Of a DNA stretch of 64,000 nucleotides, positions 48,348 through 61,145 are shown in pieces. Position 1 is the stretch's first letter. Each line of letters begins with the position of its first letter. A program made the position numbers and the translations under genes. The stretch lies in NCBI RefSeq assembly GCF_018977255.1, contig NW_024704743.1:116004001-116068000 (forward strand), written 5' to 3'. The notes below the pieces were generated by a model that saw only the letters and a list, made by a program, of their open reading frames with translations, ran no database searches and was not told the DNA's origin. Source of the DNA: Callorhinchus milii (Eukaryota).

Positions 48348-48760
48348 GGGTGTCAGCCTGGCTCAGTTGATGGCACTCTCACCTCTGAGTCAAAAATTTG
48401 TTGGTTCAAGCCCCATGTTGGGACTTTGAATTCATAGTCAAGGCTAACACTTCAGTGCAATTCTGGGGGAAAGTTACATTGTCAATGATGCCTTCCTTAG
48501 GATGAAGAGTTAAAGCACTGCCCTGTCCAGATGGATGTTAAAGATCCCGCAGGGATGTTTTTGAAAAGAGAAAGGAGTTTCTCCTGGTGTCCTGGCCAAC
48601 AATCCCCCATGCATCAATCACTTCATGGCTGTTTGGGGGACATTGCTATGCGTAAATTGTCCGCTGCCTTCCTCTACAAATACAGCTGTGAAATGCTTTG
48701 AAATGTTTGGTTGATGTGATAAAGGGCTATATCAAATGCAAGAATTACTGGTATTATGAC
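48348..48760 (+). mobile_element. SINE family B, near full length
   Basis: gggtgtcagcctggctcagttgatggcactctcacctctgagtc head, Deu domain, tail. Confidence 0.88.
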
Positions 48761-49874
48761 TATCCATCACCAGGTAGAATAAAAACCTTTTGGTATTGCA
48801 ATGACTTCTATACAGCCACTGCTATGAATCACAATAGCATTCCCAAAACCACCCAAGGACAAATACAAGGCAGTACATTATTGTCTTTAAGCTTACACCC
48901 TGAGTTTTGACAGGTATGTGTTTGCAATGCACTTATGTGTGTGTCTGTGGGGTGGGGGATAGTGGGAAGATCAGAAATATTTCCATAATACCTTTTGCAA
49001 CTTCTTAGCAACACTGTCTCTGGAAACTATGCAAAACTCCACTTGGAGTGAGGTTGTGTTATGAAGAACCTGTGTTACATTATTTATTAGTAATGGGGCT
49101 ATTAGCAAAGTGTCGCTTGACACACTAGATCATCCCATGGCAAGCCATGTTCTAAGGAGCATTCCACTGCACCTGGACCAGCGAGATAGTTTTATAAGTA
49201 CAGATCAGCTGCCAAACAATCTGCAATGTTTAAAAGCCAGGATGTTTTGTTAATTCTTTTGCCGCCATTCTCTCTGTTAAGTGCAGGACAATAAATGCAG
49301 TATTCTGTCCCTCTTAATGCATGGGTTTAAAGTACTGCAGCACAACACATCGTATTCAACTCACATTGGTAATTCCTAATCTCACAATCATTTATCTAAA
49401 GTGGTCATTTTTACACTTTATTTATGTTAAGCACCAGTCACTTTAAACCCTCTCACCTAGTAGTGAAATGCTGCTGTCGCCTTTGTTAAGAAGTGAATTT
49501 CTCAGGTGATCTGTGCCAGCAACAATGCAATAATATGATAATGTATGCATTTGCCTGCAAATACACAGTCCCTCCATTTCGCAGAAATTCCTGTGAAGCA
49601 CTTTGAGACGTCCTTATGACATGATATAGTGCTATGCCAAATGCAAGGATTATTATAAAATATTCAGTTAATTCGATTTTGAGGGCAAATTTAATAATAT
49701 AGTAATCCTTACATTTGATGCAGAGCCTTATTACGTCGTTGAGACATCTCAAAATGCTGCACAGAATATATTATCAAGTGATTTGACTGTAATTTGATTA
49801 AGAGGGGAATCTAACACAGGTTACCTGGGAGAAAGGCTTCATGTTTCTTTGAAATAGTAAAGGCAGGTTGGTCA

Positions 49875-50196
49875 TTTCATGTCCACCTCAATTTAAGATC
49901 TGAAATTCTTGTCCTCGCATTCAACTCTCTCCATAGCCTTGCCCCCACTCTACCACCAGCAGTGAGTGAGCTTTCATCCACTATGCCCCCGCTCCTTGAA
50001 ATTCCATCCCTCCACCTCACCCTCTCCCTCCCCATCTTCAAACCCTCCTGGAGACTTATCTTCTCGATAGCCCTTTTGGCCATTGCCCCCCCCCCCCCCA
50101 ACTCAGCTCCACTCCCACTTAGTTATATGAAAAATTTTGAGACATCCACTCAACATGAAAAGACTACAGAAATATAAATTGTTGTTGCTGCTGTTT
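49875..50196 (+). mobile_element. Old L2 3' fragment
   Basis: tctgaaattcttgtcctcgcattcaactctctccatagccttgcccc; (TTG)n-like end. Confidence 0.7.
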
Positions 50197-50979
50197 GAAT
50201 AGCAATAACAGATGGAGTCCGCATTAACCATAATTAAAGAAAATAGGAAGATGATCTGGACATAATTCATAAAATTAGATGTGATCTAGAATTTTCTAAT
50301 GTGGACAAACACGGCAGATAAATCCCACAAGCAACAAGTCAAATGACTTGAGTAATGACCCAATCTGCCAGATCTCAATTCATTAAACCTCGATGTAGCT
50401 CAATGGCCTGGAATAAGTCATTAATGAAACCTAGTCAGTGCGTCAATGTTTTAAGCTCCCTTAATGTTGTAAACATAAACCAGATTTTGTTTAAACAGGA
50501 TTGTGCACCAGAGCACAACTCCTGCATGTAGACTGTTAGTTCCTTCATTGACACTGACTTACCTCTAGGCCTATACTGTACCTTTTGACGCAAAATGTCC
50601 TCCCCTAGGTTTCTGTTTACACTGTTATTTGTTTAAAGGATGAAAAGTGTAATTGTTTGGTGTTTTGTGAAAGAATTGATGCGACTGAATAAATGAAACA
50701 GACAGAATCAGTATTCAGAGGTGGAATGTGCAGCAGATGCTTTTTTGTCTCTGGCCATTTTCTTCTCCTCCACCATCCTCCTCATGGTGTTTTTTCTTCA
50801 TCCACTTTTCCTTCCAATTCACCACAGTTCCTCAGGCTTCTTCCAATGCCTTGTCCAAGCAATGTTTATTAATGTGTGAGTCTTGAGGAGAGTGAGGGCT
50901 ATGGAGGTGAGGTATCGCAGCCAAATCCGATCCTGTTCTCACTCAGTCTCCCAGCACAGGTTTCTAGATGGTGATCAGG

Positions 50980-51200
50980 GCCCCACAAAGCCTTGTGTTC
51001 TTAGGGCTAAAGATCATTGCCTTAAAATTTAAGATTGAGGGAAATTGTCAAACACGCTTTAAATTTAACCTTAAATTACGAACTGCAGAAACTTGGCTTC
51101 CAAATCAAACCTGAATATTAGACTATGTTCAAACATTTCACACACTCTGAAATATTAATCTAGTGATCTCGAGGCTAAGATCTTGAGCAATTTCAGCCCC
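50980..51200. repeat. Palindromic AT-rich foldback (MITE-like) element; further copies 27750-27865, 32045-32150, 41995-42092, 43420-43500, 51292-51370, 54490-54670, 61880-62075, 62490-62585
   Basis: Left-arm consensus aattcttaaattcagtcttaatttggaagccagtttt is the reverse complement of the right-arm sequence at 54598, 62019 and 62505. Confidence 0.7.
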
Positions 51201-52916
51201 AGCAGGAGCCGGAAATCTGGCTGTTTTACCCTCTTCAGCCTGGGTGGCATTGAGACCAATTGTCAATTCAACTGCTGGCCAAGCTGATATCAGGGGGTCT
51301 GAAATTCCTCCTCATCTTAAAAGGATCATTTTATCTTCAAATATATCATCGCATAGAATTGTGGAAAATCAACAACAAGTTGCATTTATTCAATCCGCTT
51401 CGAGGTAGCTTCTCAGAACGCTTAAGTTCAACCAGAAATCAGAAGCCAGATCTTCTTTTTCTAAGAACTGCAGCAAAATGCATTCAAACTGTGGACTGTT
51501 TTGTTGTGTGAGTTAGTGCTGCCTTGGGCAGAGTGTATACCTGCAGGCAGCTTGGCGACAATTCCCCTACATATTAGGCTTTACTCATTCTCTTAATTGT
51601 TATTTTAGGTGATTGAGGATCCCAAAGACCAATGTTGACATTCCATTTTGCATTTTTCACGCTGAATTCATTTCTCCAGCCAATTCCTCGTGTGTAACTG
51701 ATTCGATACTATTACACATTGGACTGGAACAAGAGTCTCACACTCACTCATCATCAGTCACAAAATCATCTCCGCAGCTGCGGGAAGCACAGGCCACACC
51801 ATCATTGCAAACGCAGCACAGGACAAGTTAATTCAGCTCGGCTCCTCGTTGTGTTACACGGGCAGGTGTCAGTCCGGCTCAATCAGTAACGTTCTCGTCT
51901 TCACTCTCAGATCAGAAAGTTGTGGATTCCAGGCCTCATATGTGGGACTTTGAGCTTACAATCTAGGCCAATGTTCTGTTCAGTGTTGCTGTTTCTATGA
52001 TAGATATCACTTCACGACTGTGTGGGACATTGCTGTGCTGCTACCAAAGTGCCTACAAACCCAAAGTCACGCTTTACAGTAAAATGCTGTGAAGCGCTTT
52101 GAGATGTTTCAACAATGCGTTAGTTTTATCAAATCCAGCTATTACATTAGTAAATAACAGGTCACCTTTATAATCAATTTTTAATGTTTTTCGCACTGCA
52201 CACTTAGATTTATTTTGGTGAAAGTTGACCGTGTAAAACATAAATTTCTCCAAAGCCTCCCTGAATTCTCTGACTCATTTTTCATGCTCCAGAATGTACG
52301 CACATTGAGGTCCTGTTGACTTGTGCCCAAATCGAGCTCACCAATGTAATCTGCTTCAGGACGAGTGAGTTACTAGTGTAGTGTTTGTTGCTAGTTATCT
52401 GAGAGTGAAAGAGCTGTGGGTAGGCTTGCTGTGAAAACCACAGAGTTGTTCAGTCATTCAGCGCTCCAAGACGCTACCCAACTCGCATTTATACTGGAAC
52501 GGCATGAAGGGTGCTATATATACGCAACTTGTTGTTGCTGGAAAACTGTTGTAGTGTTCTATGACTGCCTTTAACATGGGCATAAATCTGTGGTGATGTT
52601 TTTCTGATTTTTCCCAATTTCCTCAATTGTTTTGCATCACGTTCTTTCCCCCTCAGTTTTTCTCCCTCATATTCCCCCACACGATAAATATACATTGAAA
52701 ACGCTCCAAGTTCCCTGTTTTATATTTTGTGGATTGAAAACAAAACAATGGTGAAGGTCCTTAATTGTAACTTCCTTTTCCTGAGTGATGGCATGTTGTA
52801 ATTATAATAATAATTGATAACAACACTTGCATTTGATAGTCCATATATGAGCAAAATATCTCAAAGAACGTCACAGATAATTGCTGTCAAGCGTAGTGAC
52901 TGTATTTGCAAGTGAC

Positions 52917-53105
52917 AACAACAGCAAATTACATTTGTATAATGCCTTTCATGTCAGGAGGACGTCACAAGGCGCTGTACAGACAGGGATTTGGATCGAA
53001 GAAGGAGGTGTGAAGGGTAGTGAGGGTAGCGGTAGGAGGGTGGTTGAAGGAGCGGTCGAAGAAGAGTGTTTTCTTGAGACGTGCCTTGAAGGAGGCATGG
53101 GAGGA
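52917..53105 (-). mobile_element. L2-a 3' fragment nested in a minus-strand SINE B (about 52820-53360)
   Basis: caacaacagcaaattacatttgtataatgcctttcatgtcaggaggacgtc; SINE B sequence on both sides. Confidence 0.72.
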
Positions 53106-54024
53106 AACAAGCCTATTGCATACAAACAGCCATGAAGTTGAATAACCATTTTATCAGGCGAATTGTCAAAAAATCTTCTCTATTTGTGTCATATCACAGA
53201 TTCTTTAACATCCTAGGAATCTCGGTTTAAATTCTAATCTGAAATGGCACGTCTGACAGTGCAGGGCTTCCCCACATTAAGATTCCAATGTGGGTCTTGA
53301 ATCCGCAACTTTCTGGCTCAAACGCAACTACTGAGTGTCATTAACTAAGCCAGGTTGAGGAGAGAGTGGTTTTATACAATATATGGTCATAGTACTGACA
53401 AAATATAACAAAACCTTATTTTTGTTATAGCAGCTTATCCTGTCATTGAAACTTCTCAAAGCGCTTTACAGATTTCTTTTAAGAGTAAACTACAAGGACT
53501 GTGTATTTGGTAGGCAAAATTGGCAGGCAATTTTGGCCAAACAATGATCCACAAACAACCGTGCAGTGAATGACCAATTTTATCTGGGGTTTGTTGGCTA
53601 GGAGCAGCCTCTTTTTAAATAATGCTATGGGATCTATAACATTCAACTGAATAGGCAGAATTTTCATTGCTTGCGCTTGCCTTACTTTGGAAAGATAATG
53701 TGCATGTTTTACCTCTGTCAACCTATAAACAAATGAATTGCTTTAAATTGGCCAATTTCCTGACAACGTGGTTTGAAGGCTATTTGACTTCACAGCGACT
53801 GAATATGAAGCACATCAATGAAGCTGTGAGAGAGTTTTGACTGTCAGGATTAATTAACTTCCCACCGAGCGGTTATTGTGGTTGATAGATTGAGCTTCAT
53901 TCCTTGCCCTACTGCCTGGCTGATCATTTGGATTCCATAGATTGTTCAGCACTCCACTTAAGCAAGCTGCATTCTGAGCTGCAACTCTCTAAAAGGTGAT
54001 GAGGAATATTAACAACTTCCCAGA

Positions 54025-54490
54025 CAACAACCATGAATTTACATTTATATAGAGCTTTTCATGTCGGGAGCACGTCCCAAGGTGCTGGACAGTTGAGGGT
54101 TTGCACCTGAGCTGGGGGTGGGAGCTAAGGTGGGTGACCACTAAGGGGTGAAAGATAACCAAAGTCATGGTCTAAGAGGAAGCTCTTGAGGTGGACCTCA
54201 AAGGAGGCAAGGGAATACGCGAGCAGTAGGGATTCCGGATGGAGCTTCAGAGAGTGTGGGCAGGTAGGCTGAAAGCCTGAGCACCGATGGTAGGGCAGGT
54301 AGGGTGGGGGACATGAAGCAGACTGGGGCTTGCTGAGCATAGGGAACGGGAGGGTTTGTAAGGTTTGAGCCGAGGTAGGACAGGGCAAGACTATGGAGAT
54401 GAGAAGAGGGAGGGAGGGGGATATTCCACCTGAGACTAGGCTAGACTTTTTTTTAATGAGAGGACATTTGGAAAGATACAGCACCTGGAT
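54025..54490 (-). mobile_element. L2-a 3' fragment
   Basis: Tail plus SLASFEVHLKSFL (end of L2 ORF2). Confidence 0.78.
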
Positions 54491-54670
54491 CTAGATTTCT
54501 CTATTCTTTTGGTGTTTTAGATTGTGCAGAATCTCGCAAACTGTTGAACTCAGTCCAAACAGAATCGGCGTTTTGTAGTTGTTGAAAGAAACATGCAGAA
54601 AATTAGCTTCAAAATTAAGGCTGAATTTAAGAATTTGCCAAGTTCCAGATCCTCTGGAATGCTGCCTAAA

Positions 54671-55020
54671 TAGAGTACATTTAGCAAGAGGACTTTGATT
54701 CCCAGGCAGGGTGAAACTTAGGCAAGTTTCCTTACTCCACATGCCCCTGTTTACCTTGCAGTGAGTAGGAACCCGGTTGTTAGTCGATTGACCGATCACT
54801 TTTCCAGGGGTAATAATTCCTTAAAAAAGATTTTTTTTTTTGGCCATTTGGTCACTCAATCCACGACTGTTTGTGGGACACCGCTGTGCTCAATTGGTTG
54901 CTGAGTTTCACCCACAAAATACAGTCGATTCCCTTTATAGTTTATTCTGTAGCTTTGAGACGTCTCGAAGACATGATAAGGTGCTATATCAAATACAAGG
55001 ATTATTATTATTATGTTATT
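54671..55020 (+). mobile_element. SINE family A, long variant
   Basis: ggcaagtttccttactccacatgcccctgtttaccttgcagtgagtaggaacccggttgttagtcgatt, Deu part, tail. Confidence 0.88.
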
Positions 55021-58000
55021 GTTAAATGTAGACCTGGGCGGAATATTTCTCCCAATGCTCTTCTGTCAGGGAAAGATGTCAGAGACTGGGGAAACCCATT
55101 GTCATTCTTAAGCGATTAATCAAACCAGACTGAGTGTTTCACCTACATGTGCAAATTTCCCCGCGCCTGGCATGGAGTGCCCACTCTCTCCCCAGGTGAA
55201 ATTTCTCCCTGATAGTGGCACAAGTGAAATGCGGGTGAGGAAGCAGCTCAAAGAAAAGCATCCAGTCACAGTGAGCAGGAAAGGGAATGGGTGGTGAACT
55301 TTTCAGAGTAAAAACACTTGAACTTGGGGTACAACGATAATTTCACCCAGAAAATATACAGTCAATTCACTTTACAGTATGTTCTGTGAAGCGCTTTGCG
55401 ATGTCTTGACGATGAGATAAGGCGCTCTATCAAATGCAAGGCTTAGAATAATGATAACATTTATTTCTTTGTGCTCTTCACACAGGATAGTGTCTCAGAG
55501 CTTTTGTTCTTGGGGAACAAGTGAAGGCTGCAAATGTCAGGATCTGGGGAGGTTGATTCACAATGTATTAGCCTACGTTTCTTTATCAATCACAGTTTGC
55601 TTTAAGCTAGCCATGTTTTTGGTGGATTTTTTTCATTTTGCAGGCGCACCCTATATATGTGGTTGTAAAGTTTCATAACTAATTGAACATTCTAAGTGCT
55701 TCTGAAGGGTTGTTTGGGGGATTATCTTTTACAACGCTGTAGCTCTTATTTTTTAATATATATTTTTCATATATGTCCACTGCCATATTGCTTTGCACTG
55801 AAGTACTCTCAAGGCATTGCGGATCGAACATAACAGGTTGAATTTGAGCAGCAATTTCCTGCAGCTTAAAGTTACCCATTGTCACATGTGTGTTCCACCA
55901 CAGGAGGAAGAAAGAGTCTGTTCAATAATTAGCCACTGAGCTTATTGTGATTTTACCTTACAAGCTCACACAGGATATACATTACAATTTACAATAACAA
56001 CTTGTATTTATATGGCGCCAATTACTCAGGATAGTGTCTCGTAGCGCTTAATAATGGTGTAGATTGACGCTGAGCCTGGGAGAGAAGAAAGTCTTGAGGT
56101 GTGATCTAAATACCGGCAAGGTGGAGGCATTGAGACAGGCAGTGCTAGAGATTTAAGACTGAAATTTACCTTTGTACAACATCTCTTGAGATGTGCCTTT
56201 CCTGAGAATTGATGATCATACTGAGAAAATAAATCAAAACAGAGTTTCTCAGTTTTGTTTGGATCACGCTCTAAAGTTTCCCCTTGTCTTTCAAGCACAT
56301 CTTAGTAATGTTAGGTAAGTGATATTGTACAAATAAATATATGTTAAAAACAAAGGTGGAAGAGTACAGCTGTTAACCTGTGATATTTTAATTAACAGAT
56401 TGTTGAAAAACGTGGCCAGTTGATATCTTAATGTAATGACATTAAAGTCCTCGAAGGTGACCCCTCCCCCATGATTCTGTAACAACGATTGGATTAAGCC
56501 AGACATGGCATATATTGGGATGCTGATTAGGGGGGATATCCTCTCAAACAGCCAGTTTAAAGAACAAAAGTAAAGAGTTAAAATGATTTGTTGCCAACCG
56601 ACACTCCAATACACTTCACAATTAGTTTTGAGCCCAACCAGTGTGACAGAGTTGTGTGTGTGTATGTGGGAGAGGAGAGTGGGCTCACACTCAAGGACCA
56701 GTTGATAATTAAGACATTGGCTGGCCTCATTTCTCAGTGGAATTTCAGTTACAGTCCTTGCCACACCCTCTCATGGCTCCTGTCTCTATCTTTCAAAGGA
56801 TGGTACTTGTGACAATGCAAGGCTCCACCAGCATTGCGCTGGAGCATTAGCCAAGAGCGTGAGTTGAAGCCACGCGACATGGAGCTTGAACCCACAACCC
56901 TTTTGACCCAAAGACAACATCAATTTAGCCGGGATGACAAGGAAGCAAAATGTGGCACCAATTATTACCCTATGTGCTTCGGGAGTGTGCTGTGAAGCTT
57001 TCCAGAGGAAACCTTCTGGCTTGTACAAAGAGTCTTGGAAAGGTTTAGCCCAAAGCGCTGTAGAGGTTTATTTAGTTTTTCTAAACGTAAACATCTGATT
57101 CCTCCCACGTACTTTTGTTCGGATCTACAGGCACAAACAATTACCTGGAAATGGAAAGACACATTGTTAAGAAACGGTACGGGGATGAATCTCTGCTTGT
57201 CAATAAGTTTGGAGGCGTTGGAGAAGTGTAGGCTTTAACTTTTACTCTTCCCGTTGCAAGCTGACACTAACTGCTAAGGTCAGCAAATTTATCGACAATG
57301 GGAAAACTGCCTCAGAATGTCTCCACAACAAAGGATTGTGCAGCCCAGATCACTTGGCGAGGCATTTTGATTCACAAGCCAAGAATTTACATTGGATTTT
57401 TAAAAGTGGCCGGGTTCCCATTTTAAATTATTCGCTTTGTCAAAAAAATTGTTCTCTTGTTCATTTATAATTAATTTCCAAGGCTTGCACAAAGCTCATC
57501 TCGGAAACTTCTGCCTTTCTGTAACAAATGAAGTAAGTTGAATTAAACAATGCGGTGCCAAGCAGTTCACCCATCGCCTTCAACACTCTTGTCAATTACT
57601 TACATTAATAATAGCATTTGAAGGTTACTTCAGAAGAATCAGCAAACAATAAGACTTTTGTGGCTGAAGCGCATTGCTAAATAAATACATCACCAACAGC
57701 AATGATCAGAAGCGATTTGAAGAAATATTTTATCCGTTACCACCTCTTTCAAAGCAGCACCAGTGAATGTTTGGGCCATAACAAGTGGGTGTTGGGGCAT
57801 TCAAATGTAAAGGAAAGGGGGTGAGCGGGATTGGTAATGGAATTAGGGAGAGAGCCTGAGAGTGGGATTAAAAATAAATGTTAAGAAAAAGGGAGGTGGA
57901 CATACTGGTTGCATGTCTTCCTGTGCTGAAGATGTGACATTGCGGGGTAGAGGGAGGGAATTGGTATCTCTTTGCAAGTGCTAATCTTGTCACAATGTAA

Positions 58001-58159
58001 CTTGCGGAATAAATGTGAACTTCTTCAACTGTGCCTATCCGCCACTGTTAATCGTTCCGAGACGCTAGCCCGCGTGAACTTCTACAGAGGTTTTGGGCTA
58101 AACTTTGCTATATAAATGAAAGTTGTTATTGTTGTAATTCTAACATTGGCACAGCCCCT

Positions 58160-58335
58160 TTCAGGTCAGGAGGATGTCTCAAAGAGCTTCACAGGATATG
58201 CTGTAAAGTATAGTAACTGTGTATTTTGTAGGGGAACGCGACGACCAGTTTGCACACAGCAATGTCTCACAAACAACCGTGAAGAGAATGACTGATTTTA
58301 TCTGGGGGATTGTTGGTCAGGACACCGGGAGAGAA
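58160..58335 (-). mobile_element. SINE family B, 3' half
   Basis: Reverse Deu domain and tail. Confidence 0.7.
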
Positions 58336-58714
58336 ACATCCTTCGTGGCCTTCTTGCTGAAGAGAGCAGGAGAAGGTTGACAGACTTAACCTTTGCTCTA
58401 TCTCTTCAGCACTCCCAGTCTTGTTCTCATCTCAGTGAAGCTGCTTCCTCCGTGCAGCCACCATTGTTTGAAATGACAGAACCGCTCTGAGGAAAGTGGG
58501 TAGTCACTGAAGGGCTTGGAGCTAAAAACTGTGTTTAACTGCTGATAATTAACAGCTGTCATAATTCTAAAGCATTACTTCAAACAATAATGGTAACAGC
58601 AGGAGTCCCTTTAAATACTGTACTGCGGCTCACCAGTGTTTTATTTCCACATTTTATGGAGCTTGACCAAGGCAGAACGCAGTGAAGAGGACAGCGATTT
58701 TTTTTGTGGAAGGT

Positions 58715-59140
58715 TATTATAATAATAATATTGTTTGCATGTGATACAATGCTTTATCACAGTGTCAAGACATCTCAAAGCACCTCAAAGGGTTTTACTG
58801 TGAGGCCTTAGTCACTGTGCATTTTGTAGGTGAACAGAGCAGCCAATTTGCGCACAGTAATGTCCCACAAACAACCATGAAGTGAATGACCAATTTTATC
58901 TGGGGAATTGTTGGCCAGGGCACTGGGAGAAACTCACTTCCCATTTCGAATGGTGCTATGAGATCTCTAACATCTACCTGAACTGGTAGATGGGACTTTA
59001 TTTATTATTTTGTCCAAGAATGACTCCTCTGACAATACAGCGATTCCCCAACTCCGGCCCCCATTGCATTGGAGTGTCAGCCTGGACTGTGTGAGCTCAA
59101 AGCCCAAATTGTGGCTTGAACCCACAACCTCTGACTCCAA
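58715..59140 (-). mobile_element. SINE family B, near full length
   Basis: Reverse head (gaacccacaacctctgactc), Deu domain, tail. Confidence 0.85.
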
Positions 59141-59204
59141 AATAAAAGCGTTTCTGTTTCGCAGAAGTAATATATTATAGTCTCAGTTTTGAATCCAGGT
59201 TTGC

Positions 59205-59400
59205 TGATAGCGTAAATAAATAATAATTTGGTCACGGGATCTACAATTGTTTGTGGGACACTGTTGTGCATAATTGGCTACCGCATTTCGCCTACAAAAT
59301 ACACTGTCAATCCACTTAATCGTATATTCTGTGAAATGCTTTGAGACGCCTCAACAACTTGAGAAGGTGCTACATCAAATGCAAGGATTATTATTATTAT
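59205..59400 (+). mobile_element. SINE family A, 3' half
   Basis: Deu part plus tail and (TTA)n. Confidence 0.8.
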
Positions 59401-60609
59401 GCATTTTCAACAAAATCGCTTGGATATTTTTGAAGAAAAAATATAAACTCCCTTTTTGTAGCTGTTTGTCAGACAAATGCCAACAAATACAGTCTCTACA
59501 TTTGACAGTAAAATGCCTGCAAAGCCCTTTCAGATGTTGCCATGTGAGTTATAGGTGCTATAAGTTTGTTATGAACAAGAGCACTCCATCAGCAAGCAGG
59601 AGGAGGCGACTGGCAACACACTCATTTGATTAGCTTCAGATCTGCCTCAAAATAAGTTACGAGTTTAATTTTTATGAGGAAGATTTGGAGCCGGTACATG
59701 GGAGCAGTACCGAGAAATTGTAAATTGAAAGCATTTTTTTTAAAAAGGGCAGTTTCTGCGATCAGATCGGAGTTGGGGGTGGAGTGGCTGCAGGGCTGAT
59801 GACTGAGATACGAGTGGAGATTATTGCCAATTGCAGGCCAGCGAGGAACAAGTAAACATAGCGACTGATAATGTGGTGACTGAGCGCATGAGAGATACGA
59901 CAGCATCTCGTTGCTGATAGAGAAATAAACAAAGAATGAATTGCTAATTTAGGAGGATCACGCGCTGGAGAGTCCATTCATGCCCAACATGAACTACTGC
60001 TTCAGTCAATTTATGTCAATTAATTGACGGTGTCAGAGAAACTGCGGAGCGTTTCAGAGGCATTTAATTCTTTTCTCTCGTCTATTTGATTCATGATCTT
60101 CCCCTGCAATAAAAGTCACTGGAGGCTCGAGCATTCGCCTGGGTCTGGGCCATTGAACTGGTCGGCCTGGAATGAAGTGAGGTTCAAACGTTCTGTGTGG
60201 TACACTACTGCAAGCTAATAGTGTAACAAGGGCTCAATTTGTAATGTGATGAAATGTTCCATTTTTTCACCTCATGTGTGTTTTTTTGAAAACGTGTTTG
60301 TTTTGGATCAGCATTTGGGTCTCTATCTTTCCCTTTTTCTCTCTTTTCCTCCCTTTCAGTCTCTCTCTCTCTCTTGGGCTGTCTCTCCCTGATTCGGTTT
60401 AAAGTGTCATCCAAAGGACGGGACCTACAACAATATGCAATGTAGCACTCCCCCAGTGCTACACTGGATTATCAGCCTAGATTTAGGGATTCAAAAACTC
60501 AAATATGGAGCTTGAACTCACAGCCTTCTGACCGAGAAGTGTGAGTGGTGCCAACTGAGCTAAAATAACACACAGCTGGATAGTGTAGCAACGGAGCAAG
60601 TGTGTCATT

Positions 60610-61145
60610 GTTTTACAAGGATGTTATCAGGGCTGAGTGGATACAGCTATTAAGAAATATTGAACAGGTTAGAGGTTTGAATTGAGAGGTGAGTTGATAG
60701 AGGTGTTTCAAATTAGAGTAGCATATTTGTTAGAGGACTCACCTCGCAAGGAGGAGATCCGAGTTCGATTCCCGGGCAGGGTAAAATCATGGGCAAGTTT
60801 CTTTACTCCCTCTGTTTATCTAGTAGCAAGTAGGAACCCGGTTGTTTGTCGATTGGCGGATCGCTTTCTGGCATAATAATCCCTTCAAATCAAATAAATA
60901 AATATTTGGTCACTCAATCCCCAGTTGTTTGTGGGACACTGCTGTGTGCAACTAGCTGCCGCATTTCGCCTACAAAATATACAGTCAATTTACTGTACAG
61001 TATATTCTGTGAAGCGCTTTGAGATGTCTCAACAACATGATAAGGTGCTACATCAAATGCAAGATAATTATGAAAGAACTTGATAAGGTGGACGTTAATA
61101 AGTTGTTTCCACTTGTTGGTGAGTCCAAAACAAGGGACATAAATA
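60610..61145 (+). mobile_element. Old CR1 fragment interrupted by a long-variant SINE A (60716-61070)
   Basis: RGELIEVFQI | [22 protein letters not shown] rejoins across the SINE; AATTA on both sides (60711-60715, 61066-61070). Confidence 0.88.
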
